Shown here: piece by piece, positions 18,614 through 28,259 of the stretch | Position numbering within the stretch: the stretch's first letter is position 1 | Layout: each line of letters starts with the position of its first letter | From: Candidatus Bathyarchaeia archaeon | GTDB taxonomy: Archaea; Thermoproteota; Bathyarchaeia; 40CM-2-53-6 | DNA length: 64,000 nucleotides | Reading direction: 5' to 3' | Assembly (NCBI GenBank): GCA_049517415.1 | Contig: JBEKSC010000001.1 | Location: forward strand, 1 to 64,000 | Translations under genes and position numbers: made by a program | Notes under the pieces: generated by a model | The model's database searches: none | The model's input: the letters and a program-made list of their open reading frames with translations, nothing else | What the model was told of the DNA's origin: nothing

Positions 18614-19618
18614 TTAAGTTCCCTGCGGCGTCTTATATTTTGACACAATATTTTCGGCAATCACTTTTGTTTGCGCGTGAAAGTCTTCGCTTAGAATGTA
18701 GGCGACTGCTGTCGTAACGCCAGCTTTCCAAAGCTCCTCCACCCTTGTGAGAGCTTGCTGAACAGTACCAATGACGCTGAATCCATCGATCATCTCATCA
18801 GTTACAAAATCCAAATGATGAGCAGCACTACTTGCGTGTTCCCAGTAGTCGTAGGCTCCCCTCTTTTCCATTCCCGCAATCAACGATTTGGGTAGGTTTT
18901 CTTTAGGATACTTGCGGAGAAGATCAAGAACATGGTTGGAGACCATCGCTGGGAACCAACGGACTTCGGTCCTTGCCTTGGCTATGTCATTAGTTACGTA
19001 CCATGCAGCAGCGGAGATAACTTCAAAGTTGCGCAGATCTCTACCAACGCTCTGAGCACCCTTCTTTACCCAATCCAAGGACCACTTTATCACCTCTGGG
19101 TCAGCTATTTGTAGAATAACCCCGTCGGCAACCTCACCTGCAACCTGCAAGGCTTTGGGGCCATAAGCTGCAACATAGATCGGGATCTTACACTTTGCCC
19201 AAGGAAATCTTACCGTTACCCCATCCACTTCCGCCGCATCGCCCGAAGTCAAACTTCGGATAACTTTCACGGCATGTTTAAGCTCCTCTAGCGTGGCAGG
19301 TTTCTTGCCCATCGTGCGAACTGCACTGTCTCCACGACCGATACCTACGAAAGCTTTTCCACCCGTCACGTTGTACAGAGTAGCGGCCAAACTCGCGGTT
19401 ACCGTTATGTGCCTCGTAAGCGGGTTCGTCACGAACGGACCTATGTTTATTCGATTTGTATTTACTGCCCATATAGCGTAATGTATCCAAGGTTCCTGCC
19501 ATAAGAAATGAGAATCGTATGTCCCTGCTAGCTTGAATCCCGTTCTGTCGGCCAATCGAACCGATTCAAGTGTCTCAAACGGTTGCCGGGCGTTATAGAT
19601 TACTCCGAAATCCTGCAT
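18614..19618 (-). CDS. LLM-class (putatively F420-dependent) oxidoreductase resembling the TIGR03842 type
   Basis: DSHFLWQEP, GPFVTNP.TR, GIGRGDSAVR, YVAAYGPKAL, ADGVILQ. Confidence 0.88.
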   Translation of the reverse strand: MQDFGVIYNARQPFETLESVRLADRTGFKLAGTYDSHFLWQEPWIHYAIWAVNTNRINIGPFVTNPLTRHITVTASLAATLYNVTGGKAFVGIGRGDSAVRTMGKKPATLEELKHAVKVIRSLTSGDAAEVDGVTVRFPWAKCKIPIYVAAYGPKALQVAGEVADGVILQIADPEVIKWSLDWVKKGAQSVGRDLRNFEVISAAAWYVTNDIAKARTEVRWFPAMVSNHVLDLLRKYPKENLPKSLIAGMEKRGAYDYWEHASSAAHHLDFVTDEMIDGFSVIGTVQQALTRVEELWKAGVTTAVAYILSEDFHAQTKVIAENIVSKYKTPQGT

Positions 19619-19869
19619 AGTTGGCTTACGAAGCGAAAAAAGATATAAGTTTTCTTTGGCAGAGCAAACCATCCTCTACTACGTTGCAGGGACACAACAT
19701 CCAAGCATTCCACCGTGAGTTTGGCATCAGAAACTAAGCGGCATACTCTATGATTCTAACTTGCAAACAACTACTACTCTAACAATAGGCGGGCTATGCA
19801 ACTGTCCGGCCGACCATCATCTGTGTTTGTGTCCGAGCAAAAAGCCATAGTAGATGATTAGGCTACCGT

Positions 19870-20325
19870 TCAAAGCGTCATGCATTCTATCCTTGGATCT
19901 TCTTTAACGACTCTTCCAACGATTTGAGTATTTGTTCTTTCGATATCAGGCATATTGCTTATCCGTTCGAGTTTTCGCATGTAATCCTCTCTATCTGTAG
20001 CTCGGATTAAGACGGTAAAGTCATAGTCTCCCAAAACATAATAGACTGCCCAGACGCCTGGAATTTGAGAGAGCTTCGTGCCGACTTTCTTGTGATATTG
20101 TGGACCATACTTAGCCTTCACGAGCACGACCGCAAGGTAATCGTATCCTAATCTGGCTGCGTTAAGTTTCGCATAGTAACCCTCAATTATCTTATCTCGT
20201 TCGAGTCTGCCGATTCTATAATGGACTGTAGATTTCGGAATCCCTAACATCTTAGCAACCTTCTGAAGGGGAGTCCTCGAGTCTCGCTGGAGTATTCCAA
20301 GCAGAGTCTTGTCTACCTTATCCAA
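19870..20325 (-). CDS. Lrp/AsnC regulator, Grp/BarR-like
   Basis: HTH IPKSTVHYRI; VKAKYG..YH, QIPGVW.VY.VLGD.DF and ERT.TQ match my recollection of Sulfolobus Grp/BarR. Confidence 0.9.
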   Translation of the reverse strand: MDKVDKTLLGILQRDSRTPLQKVAKMLGIPKSTVHYRIGRLERDKIIEGYYAKLNAARLGYDYLAVVLVKAKYGPQYHKKVGTKLSQIPGVWAVYYVLGDYDFTVLIRATDREDYMRKLERISNMPDIERTNTQIVGRVVKEDPRIECMTL

Positions 20326-20330
20326 CCCGC

Positions 20331-20825
20331 CTACACTCCCTTGTTTGCCACATTGAGCAGCACCTTGAGAATATCAGTCCGCTTCCAATCTCTTGCGGAG
20401 CTAGTCTTATCGTATCCGACGAGATTTCGGTTCGAGTTCATCATTAAGCTACAGTAGAGTGATTTCCCGCCTTTGGGTTTTACTTCTTGGATTGAGCATA
20501 TTCCCTCATTGAGGAACGTGCATGGAGAGAGAGAAAAAGTCCAACCTGTTTCAGCGATTGTACCTGGCTCGTCATCTTTGCGAGCGGGACAAACATAGTA
20601 ATGCTTCTTGCCTGAGACCTCAACGTAATCCAGTACAAGGAAACGCGTGAATAGCTCCGTTTCAGAAAGGCCGAAATGATCTGCAATCTTGCCGAGATCA
20701 TTAGGGGCTAGAGCGCAGGGATGGGTAATGCAACAGTTAGCACATCGTGAACAAGGCTTCAGTGTGGACGCCTCAATTCTTCCCAATGGGTTGCCGTATC
20801 CTCTCTCGGGAAATGGGTGCTGCAA
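20331..20825 (-). CDS. YkgJ-family cysteine-cluster protein
   Basis: CSRCANCC; C.FL...C.I..VKP. Confidence 0.75.
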   Translation of the reverse strand: MQHPFPERGYGNPLGRIEASTLKPCSRCANCCITHPCALAPNDLGKIADHFGLSETELFTRFLVLDYVEVSGKKHYYVCPARKDDEPGTIAETGWTFSLSPCTFLNEGICSIQEVKPKGGKSLYCSLMMNSNRNLVGYDKTSSARDWKRTDILKVLLNVANKGV

Positions 20826-20826
20826 G

Positions 20827-21258
20827 TTAAGAAAAGTCTTGGAGTGAGGTCAACGCCTTAGTTCTGTCTTGTGCGTAGCGCTTGTATAGCCTGCTTACAT
20901 TTGATATGAATTTGATTTTGTCGCCCGCCTCCACATAGAATTTCTGCATCCTTTCCTCAAGGGTTTTGGCAGCCGAGATCGCATCGGTTATCGCAGCTCC
21001 ATTTGGGAGGGTGGTGTTTAGAGCGTATGTTTCCTCGAAAATGCCTGACACTGGTTCGAGTAGAGAATGATCGACGCTCTCCCGAGCGGTTCTTTCAAGA
21101 TCCTTTCGTCGCCGGTCGCTGTTATCAGCGAATTTCGTGAATAATTCTTTTGCCTGTGCGAGTTGGTTTGTAGCTGCTAGCTTTCGGTAGAATTGGGCGG
21201 TCTGGTCTTCAAGTTGTAGGGTGTACCGGAGAACCATGCTGAAGGTAGTGAGTTCCAT
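20827..21258 (-). CDS. Ferritin-like/rubrerythrin-fold protein with a degenerate metal site
   Basis: Two LE....FY helices; lacks ExxH. Confidence 0.75.
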   Translation of the reverse strand: MELTTFSMVLRYTLQLEDQTAQFYRKLAATNQLAQAKELFTKFADNSDRRRKDLERTARESVDHSLLEPVSGIFEETYALNTTLPNGAAITDAISAAKTLEERMQKFYVEAGDKIKFISNVSRLYKRYAQDRTKALTSLQDFS

Positions 21259-21298
21259 TGGTTACGCGCCTCACCTGCATTGCATGGCTCGTGTGTTT

Positions 21299-22789
21299 CT
21301 AGAACCATCGCGATATGGCGACTTTTCGTTCCGTGAAGAAGTTGATAGCATCGTAGCCCTGCCCGTGCAGGTCCCCGAAGAATGAATCCTTCCAGCCGCT
21401 GAACGGGAAGAAGGCCACTGGTGCTGCTATGCCAATGTTGATTCCAACGTCGCCTGCCTGCACGCGGTGCTTGAATTCTCTTGCCCATTTGCCGCTTGAC
21501 GTGAATATTGACGCGGCGTTTCCGTACGGGTTCTCATGTATCATTCTAAGTGCGTCGTCGAAGTCCTTGGCTCTGATCAGGCACATAACTGGCCCGAAAA
21601 TTTCCTCGGAACCAATCTTGCTTTTCGGATCGACATTGTCAAAGATTGATGGGCCGATGAAGTAACCCTTCTCGTATCCAGGCACTTTGATGTCACGACC
21701 GTCCAGGATTAGCTTGGCGCCTTCCTTCAGCCCAGTTTCAATGTAGGATAGAACCTTGTCTTTAGCTGCTTTCGATCTGAGCGGACCCATCTGGACAGTC
21801 TCGTCAAGCCCGTAGCCTGTCTTGGTGGCTTTGGCAGAATCCATAAGTTTCTTCTTTAATTGCTCATAGAAGGCATCGTCACCCACTGCCACAACATTCG
21901 CTCCTGCGAGGCATCTTTGGCCGGCACAGCCGTAAACTGAGTTCATTACTGCAGGCATTATCTTGTCGAGTGGGGCGTCGGGCATTACGAGCAGAAAATT
22001 CTTGGCGCCTCCTTGGCATTGTGCGCGTTTTCCGTGGGCTGTTGCCGTGCTGTACACGTACTTGGCGACTGGTGTGGATCCTACGAAAGACACGCCCTTC
22101 ACATCTGGGCTTTGTAACAGCGCGTCAGAAACGTCTCTCGAACCGTTGACGATGTTGATTACTCCCGGTGGAAAGCCGGCTTCGTCGGCCAGCTCCGCCA
22201 TCTTGTTCATAGTAAGAGGAACTTCGCTGGACGGTTTTACTATGTAGGTATTGCCGCATGCTACAGCGTATGGAAGGAACCAGAACGGAATCATTCCTGG
22301 AAAGTTTGATGGCGGTAGACACGCGAAGACACCAAGGGGCTGTAGGATACACTCCTCGTCTAGACCGGGGGCTATAGTCTCCAGATTGTAACCCATCATC
22401 AATGTGGGAATGCCCGCGGCGTGTTCGACGCATTCGATAGCTCTTCGAATCTCCCCACGAGACTCATCTATACTCTTCCCATGTTCTTTTGTTAAGATTT
22501 GTGAGACTTCTTCGAAGTGCTCTTCCATGATATTCTTGAGCGTGAACATGTAGCGCGCTCGCGTCAATGCTGGAGTTTCACTCCACTCCTCGTACGCCTC
22601 CTTGGCATAGCGAATAGCCTCATCCACTTCCTCTTTCGTAGACATGGGAACACGGGCCATGACTTCAGTCGTGGCAGGGTTCACGACGTCTAGGGTCTTT
22701 GTCGATTTGGATACGACCCATTCACCGTTCACATAATTTCTGATAACCGGGATTTCCTTCTTCTCAATCACTTTTGTGGCTTGTACCAT
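21299..22789 (-). CDS. mmsA: CoA-acylating (methyl)malonate-semialdehyde dehydrogenase
   Basis: SFVGSTPVA, GGAKN, AGQRCLA, EEIFGPV, FPFSGWK.SFFGDLH. Confidence 0.95.
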   Translation of the reverse strand: MVQATKVIEKKEIPVIRNYVNGEWVVSKSTKTLDVVNPATTEVMARVPMSTKEEVDEAIRYAKEAYEEWSETPALTRARYMFTLKNIMEEHFEEVSQILTKEHGKSIDESRGEIRRAIECVEHAAGIPTLMMGYNLETIAPGLDEECILQPLGVFACLPPSNFPGMIPFWFLPYAVACGNTYIVKPSSEVPLTMNKMAELADEAGFPPGVINIVNGSRDVSDALLQSPDVKGVSFVGSTPVAKYVYSTATAHGKRAQCQGGAKNFLLVMPDAPLDKIMPAVMNSVYGCAGQRCLAGANVVAVGDDAFYEQLKKKLMDSAKATKTGYGLDETVQMGPLRSKAAKDKVLSYIETGLKEGAKLILDGRDIKVPGYEKGYFIGPSIFDNVDPKSKIGSEEIFGPVMCLIRAKDFDDALRMIHENPYGNAASIFTSSGKWAREFKHRVQAGDVGINIGIAAPVAFFPFSGWKDSFFGDLHGQGYDAINFFTERKVAISRWF

Positions 22790-22804
22790 ATTTCATCGCT
22801 AGAA

Positions 22805-22819
22805 TTGGACAGGGTTCAA
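22805..22819. promoter_or_regulatory. Semi-palindromic candidate Lrp operator upstream of mmsA
   Basis: TTGGAC-AGG-GTTCAA between a TATA-like element and the start codon. Confidence 0.45.
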
Positions 22820-22986
22820 CTGGTTATATGGGTTATGGTGGACTCTCATTAAGGGCAACTAGGGCTCGCCCATTCGCACGCTCTTATCGACATACGATTA
22901 CGTTTTCGGGAAGGAGCTTACGCTATACAGGTCTGTTTGACACGTCGAGATTGGTCGACGGAGCACTTTACGCGTTTGGGCGTACG

Positions 22987-24330
22987 TTATTCGATTTCTT
23001 TGTCAGCTACGGAGAGCGATTTGTCTAGTGCCTCGATGCCTTGGTCGATCTCTTCTTTCTTGACTATGAGTGGGGGCGCAATGGTTAGGTAGTTGATCCA
23101 AGTCGATACGAATACGCCGTTGTTCATGCATTCGTTCGCGACACGGTCAACCATCAACGGTTTACCCTGAATCTTATCTTCACGCGTATTGAACCAGGCT
23201 CTTGTTTTTCTATTTCTTACTAGTTCGAGGCCCCAGAACAAGCCAATTCCACGTGCATCCCCAATCGAGGGATGCTTGTCCTTCAACGCCTTCAATCGGT
23301 TACCCATATACTCGCCAAGCTCCTTCGCGCGTTCAATGAGGCCTAATCGCTTGTATTCTTGAATCGCAGCAACTCCAGCAGAGAGAGTTAGGGGATGAGC
23401 CTCATACGTATGGCCTAGCGCAAAGTAATGCTCCTCATAGTAATCTGCAATTTCACGTGTTGTCGCCGTGACGCTGAGTGGAATATATGCCCCCGTGATG
23501 CCCTTGGCGGTGGTTAGAATGTCAGGTTTTACGTTCCAATGATTAACAGCAAACCATTCTCCAATTCTCCCCCAACCGCTCATGACCTCATCGCAAATCA
23601 GGAGAACACCATGTTTCTTCGTGATTTCACGTATGCGTGGCAGATATTCGTCGGGCGGAACGATGACCCCATTGCTGCCGACAATCGGTTCTAGGATAAC
23701 GGCGGCAACATTGGATTCATGTTCGATCATGTACTCCACGTAATCAGCGCAGGTTATACCACAGTCGGGATATTCAAGCCCGAACGGGCATTGGTAACAG
23801 TAGGCATCCGGCGCGAAAATGACCCCCTCTATCTTCCCAGCAGGCTCGATCGGATAGCGCCTAGGATCGCCAGTGGCTGCAATAGACCCCGCCGTTGAGC
23901 CATGGTATGACGTGTACCGTGAAATGATCTTGTACTTGCCAGTATACTGCCGTGCAATCTTAATCGCCGCCTCATTTGCCTCGGTCCCCGAAGTAGCGTA
24001 GAAGAACTTCTCAAGTCCCTGGGGCATCACGCCCAACAGAGACTTGGACAATTCTGCCCTAACCTCTGTACCGAACGCAGGCGCCACATACGGGAGTTTC
24101 TTGGCTTGCTCACAGATAGCTTCGATTACAGCCTTGTTCCTATGCCCAAGGTTTGAGCACATCAGTTGGGATGAGAAATCAAGAAAACGCTTCCCCGATG
24201 CATCGGTGAAATTACACCCTTCCGCATCAGTTATTATGCGCGGCACCCATCCCTTCTGCGCGCGCCACGTTCCATATGTGTGATGTTTTATGAGAGACAC
24301 GGCATCCACTTGTTCCACCATTTCAACCAT
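22987..24330 (-). CDS. Class III aminotransferase, beta-alanine/taurine:pyruvate type
   Basis: DFSSQLMCSNLGH, SYHGST, DEVMSGWGR, TAKG, GHTY. Confidence 0.92.
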   Translation of the reverse strand: MVEMVEQVDAVSLIKHHTYGTWRAQKGWVPRIITDAEGCNFTDASGKRFLDFSSQLMCSNLGHRNKAVIEAICEQAKKLPYVAPAFGTEVRAELSKSLLGVMPQGLEKFFYATSGTEANEAAIKIARQYTGKYKIISRYTSYHGSTAGSIAATGDPRRYPIEPAGKIEGVIFAPDAYCYQCPFGLEYPDCGITCADYVEYMIEHESNVAAVILEPIVGSNGVIVPPDEYLPRIREITKKHGVLLICDEVMSGWGRIGEWFAVNHWNVKPDILTTAKGITGAYIPLSVTATTREIADYYEEHYFALGHTYEAHPLTLSAGVAAIQEYKRLGLIERAKELGEYMGNRLKALKDKHPSIGDARGIGLFWGLELVRNRKTRAWFNTREDKIQGKPLMVDRVANECMNNGVFVSTWINYLTIAPPLIVKKEEIDQGIEALDKSLSVADKEIE

Positions 24331-24397
24331 TTGACATCAATTCTCCTAGGGCGTTTTGCGCTTAATATAGTTGCTATCCAATTTTCAGTAGGACATT

Positions 24398-24412
24398 TTG
24401 GACAATGTCCAG
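24398..24412. promoter_or_regulatory. Semi-palindromic candidate Lrp operator upstream of the aminotransferase
   Basis: TTGGAC-AAT-GTCCAG, just upstream of TATA-like TATATTAAG on the minus strand. Confidence 0.5.
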
Positions 24413-24596
24413 ACCATTGTGCTTGGTAAGCAGAGCTAAGGGCAACAGCGCCTTGATAGCTTCGAGTCGTCGTAACTTATCTAGCGAATTAAGGTCAAGT
24501 TTTTGGCCGAGAATCGGTGGCTGCGTCCCAAAGGCGACGCGAGCATGCGAGATCTCGATAACATCAGCAACTTGCTTTCTTATTGGACGGCGGGCC

Positions 24597-25622
24597 TCAT
24601 TTCGTTATCTGAGTGCCTGACTTACCGCCCAATGCGTCGACGGCCTTGCTAAGGGAACTTATTATTGCTCGTTCCCCGCCCCACTTCAGGAACCTTAGGC
24701 ATGCCTCCACTTTGGGGGCCATGCTGCCTGAGAGGAATTGCCCCTGGGCAAGGTACGCTTCTGCTTCTGTCACAGTCATCTTGTCTATAGGTTTCTGGTC
24801 CGGTTTACCGAAATTCAGCATCGCCTGATCAATGTCGGTGAGTACCAGGAAGTCGGTTGCATTGATGGCCTCAGCCATTCTTTCACCTGCTTTGTCTTTG
24901 TCTATCACCGCGAATACACCTTCTAGATGTCCATCCTTGTTGCGGAACACAGGGATGCCTCCACCGCCAGACGCTACAACGATAACCCCCTGATCGACAA
25001 GCTTCCTTACTGTATCTCCTTCAACATTCGCAATGGGGTCAGGCGACGGTACAACTCGGCGGTATACTTTAGCGGCCGAACCCAGAGGCTTGACTTGCTT
25101 GATGACAAACCCCTTCATTTTCTCCTGCATGTGTTCTTTGCCAGGTTTCGGATTGATGACGTACCCTTTCTCTTCTACAAGTTTGTCAGCCTCTTCTTTT
25201 GAGAAGAAGTTACCTACCGGCTTCGTGGGATCCAAGAAATCCGGATCGTCGGGGCTTACGAGAACTTGGTTCACAACCGAAATCACCTGCAGCCGCGCCA
25301 AGCTGCCCCCAGCGTCGCGAAGGACGTTTTGAAGCGTCTGCTGGAACATGTAACCAATTTGTCCTTGGGTCATAGCACCGACGACGTCCAAGGTCTGTGG
25401 AGGAACGAGCGTTTGGGCCTGCTCCTGCTGAACCAGCAGGTTACCTGCTTGCGGGCCGTTGCCGTGGGTTATTGCAATTGAATCCGCGGCTTTTCTTCGG
25501 AAGAGCGTCGCGATCTGTTCACACGTTACCGCGACATTGTGGAACTGTTCTTGGGTGGTCCCCATCTCGTTCGCTTGCTTTATGGCGTTTCCGCCTAGCG
25601 CAATCAACAATCTCTTACTCAA
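24597..25622 (-). CDS. arcC: Carbamate kinase
   Basis: ALGGNA, THGNGPQ.G, PTKPVG, RRVVPSP, GGGGIPV, IDKD, GSMAPK. Confidence 0.97.
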   Translation of the reverse strand: MSKRLLIALGGNAIKQANEMGTTQEQFHNVAVTCEQIATLFRRKAADSIAITHGNGPQAGNLLVQQEQAQTLVPPQTLDVVGAMTQGQIGYMFQQTLQNVLRDAGGSLARLQVISVVNQVLVSPDDPDFLDPTKPVGNFFSKEEADKLVEEKGYVINPKPGKEHMQEKMKGFVIKQVKPLGSAAKVYRRVVPSPDPIANVEGDTVRKLVDQGVIVVASGGGGIPVFRNKDGHLEGVFAVIDKDKAGERMAEAINATDFLVLTDIDQAMLNFGKPDQKPIDKMTVTEAEAYLAQGQFLSGSMAPKVEACLRFLKWGGERAIISSLSKAVDALGGKSGTQITK

Positions 25623-25752
25623 TCACTTACCCTCAAAACAAATTATGGTGACCCTCGGTTTCGTACGTCAACCACTTAGCTCAATGCGGCACTCTACTAG
25701 TGCCGAGTCTGAGTGCAAAGACTAATAAACGCGCCTAGCCGCGGTTCTCCGC

Positions 25753-27294
25753 TTGATTGCTTTGGCTCTGACGGAACCCCAAAAGACAATACTAACCGTT
25801 CAGAATCTCACAAAGAGATTTCCACCTAACGTCCTAGCGCTCAATGACGCAAACCTTTCCCTAGAAAAGGGAAAGATGTACGCCTTGGTGGGCGAGAACG
25901 GGGCTGGCAAGACCACTTTACTGAAGATCATCTTTGGCTTGCACAAACCGAGCTCAGGCAGGGTGTTCTTCAAGGGAGAGGAAGTGACCGGTAACTCTCC
26001 CTCCGAGAACATCGACAAACGCATGGCGATGGTAACACAAGAGCTCTCTCTTATTTCCACGTTTGATTCTGTTGAAAACACGGCCCTCCAAAGGGAATTT
26101 TCCAAGAAGTTGGTCTTGGACCTGTCCGACAGCGGTTATAAGCTAAGTCAATGGGCGGAGCAGTTAGAGTTCAAAACCGACCTCCGAAAGAAGATCGCCC
26201 AGCTTCCGCTAGAAGAGTGCCAAAAACTCGAGGTGCTAAGGCGCCTATCCTGCTTTGTCGACCTGCTAATGCTAGATGAGCCTTCGACTATGCTGACTCC
26301 CCTCGAAGAAGAGCAGCTGTTGTACGCTCTCAAGAACCTCGTCGCTAAGTTTGGGCTAACGGTGGTTATCACAACCCACAAATTTCAAAATCTCTTGAAG
26401 TACCCAGACGAAATCGTGGTAATGAGAAAAGGCACCGTTGTCCTGCACGACAAGGTCGAACATCTATCAATGACCGACGTGATAAGGGCTGTCACGGGCG
26501 AACAACCGAGAAGAAGAACGGAAGCCGACCGGCGCGTCGAAACGGCGCCTTTGTTGGAACTAAAGAATCTTAACTCTGTGGATCGCCAGAGCGGGCGTTC
26601 TTTGAAGGACATAAGCCTCACGGTTCATAGTGGCGAGTTCGTAGGAGTGGTTGGATCGGCGTTTAGCGGAAAAGACGTTCTAGCCAAGGCCATTATGGGC
26701 ATGGCTCACAATACGCAAGGGTCTGTGATATTCGACGGTGAAGACATAACAAGGCGGAAAACGAAGCAGATCTTGTCCAAGGGATTGGATTGCATCTTCA
26801 AGGACAGAGAGATGATGCAGGTCCCGACACTGAGTGTGGCTGAAAACGTAGTGCTGAATCAGTACTATGAACAACCTTTCTGTAAGAACTTCCTCATGAA
26901 TAGGAGCGCCATGGAGGCACTCGCAGAGAAAGCGGTGAGTGCATTCGCGATAAAAACCCCGAGCACGAGTACACCCGTGAAAGCTCTTTCTGGGGGGAAT
27001 CAACGCAAGGTTATGATTGCGCGTGCGTTGCTGAAGGAATCGAAACTGGTTATCGCAGAGGAGCCGGCGATCGGTCTCGACATAAGGACTAGCCAAGAGG
27101 TCATGGATTACCTAGTTCGATTGAGGAACCGGGGAGGAGGAGTTATTTTGATCAGTGAGGAGCTTGGGGACGTGATAGCATATTCCGACAATGTCTATGT
27201 GCTATATGAAGGAACAGTTAAGAACGTGCTGCCAGCTTCCGAAGCCACGATAGATAAGCTAGGGGGGTATATGCTTGGATTGGACAAAGTATAG
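25753..27294 (+). CDS. Nucleoside/sugar (CUT2) ABC transporter ATPase with two ABC domains
   Basis: GENGAGKTT; LSGGNQRK. Confidence 0.93.
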   Translation: MIALALTEPQKTILTVQNLTKRFPPNVLALNDANLSLEKGKMYALVGENGAGKTTLLKIIFGLHKPSSGRVFFKGEEVTGNSPSENIDKRMAMVTQELSLISTFDSVENTALQREFSKKLVLDLSDSGYKLSQWAEQLEFKTDLRKKIAQLPLEECQKLEVLRRLSCFVDLLMLDEPSTMLTPLEEEQLLYALKNLVAKFGLTVVITTHKFQNLLKYPDEIVVMRKGTVVLHDKVEHLSMTDVIRAVTGEQPRRRTEADRRVETAPLLELKNLNSVDRQSGRSLKDISLTVHSGEFVGVVGSAFSGKDVLAKAIMGMAHNTQGSVIFDGEDITRRKTKQILSKGLDCIFKDREMMQVPTLSVAENVVLNQYYEQPFCKNFLMNRSAMEALAEKAVSAFAIKTPSTSTPVKALSGGNQRKVMIARALLKESKLVIAEEPAIGLDIRTSQEVMDYLVRLRNRGGGVILISEELGDVIAYSDNVYVLYEGTVKNVLPASEATIDKLGGYMLGLDKV

Positions 27295-28258
27295 GAGTCG
27301 TTTGGGAGGATTAAAGACTACACTCTACATGATTTTGATAGCGTTTCTGGCTTCGTCGATAATGACTTACATAGCGGGTGCACCATTTTCCCAATTCTAC
27401 ACGACGCTAGTAAAGCAAGGTCTAGAGACGCCTTCCGGACTTGGAACCCTCGTGGCACTAACCACGGTATTCGTTCTGACGGGTTTGGCCGCTAGTATTC
27501 CCCTCAGCGCTTCTGTGGTGAACGTGGGCGGCGAGGGCCAAATTTACATGGGCGCTTTGGCTGCGACGACAGTAATCGTCGCACTCGGAACGCAGTCAAC
27601 GCTGGTAGTTGTCGCGGCCGCCTTGGTCACCGGAGGGGCATGGGGACTGATCCCCGCCATTATGAAGTTCAAATTCCGCACGAACGAGATTGTTTCAACT
27701 CTTCTACTCAATTTCGTCGCGATGTACATTGTTATTTACGCAGTGAGGGAGCCTCTCAGACTACCGGCGTCCATCACACCACAGTCTGAAATGCTGCCCC
27801 AGTTATTCTCGATTCCCAACCTACTAGCAACCATCGTGGTGGCAGTGGTTGTTACATATGTATTGACCGAGAGGACGAGACTAGGGTATGAGATTCAAGT
27901 CGTCGGCAGAAACCCTAGAGTAGCCGCGTATGCTGGCATCAACATAGCCTACACTGGGGTACTCACCATGGTCATAGGCGGAGCCCTTGCAGGACTTGGA
28001 GGAGCAATAATCGTCACCAGTAGCCTCATGGGCACTTTGATGCCGGGCATTTCTTCGAATTACGGATACGTCGGTATCGGCATCGCGTTGATGGCGAGGC
28101 TACACAGTACCGAGGTCCCACTGAGCGCGTTCATCCTGGCTCTCTTGTTCGTAACGGTCAGGCTCCTATCCACATCAGTCCCCACAATTCCGCTCTTATT
28201 ATCCACGGCCGTGGTCGGCATAATCATGATAGCTGTGGCGATCGTGAGGCGAGAGTGA
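27275..28258 (+). CDS. Nucleoside ABC transporter permease 1
   Basis: NVGGEGQ, NEIVSTLLLN. Confidence 0.92.
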   Translation: MDWTKYRSRLGGLKTTLYMILIAFLASSIMTYIAGAPFSQFYTTLVKQGLETPSGLGTLVALTTVFVLTGLAASIPLSASVVNVGGEGQIYMGALAATTVIVALGTQSTLVVVAAALVTGGAWGLIPAIMKFKFRTNEIVSTLLLNFVAMYIVIYAVREPLRLPASITPQSEMLPQLFSIPNLLATIVVAVVVTYVLTERTRLGYEIQVVGRNPRVAAYAGINIAYTGVLTMVIGGALAGLGGAIIVTSSLMGTLMPGISSNYGYVGIGIALMARLHSTEVPLSAFILALLFVTVRLLSTSVPTIPLLLSTAVVGIIMIAVAIVRRE

Positions 28259-28259
28259 C

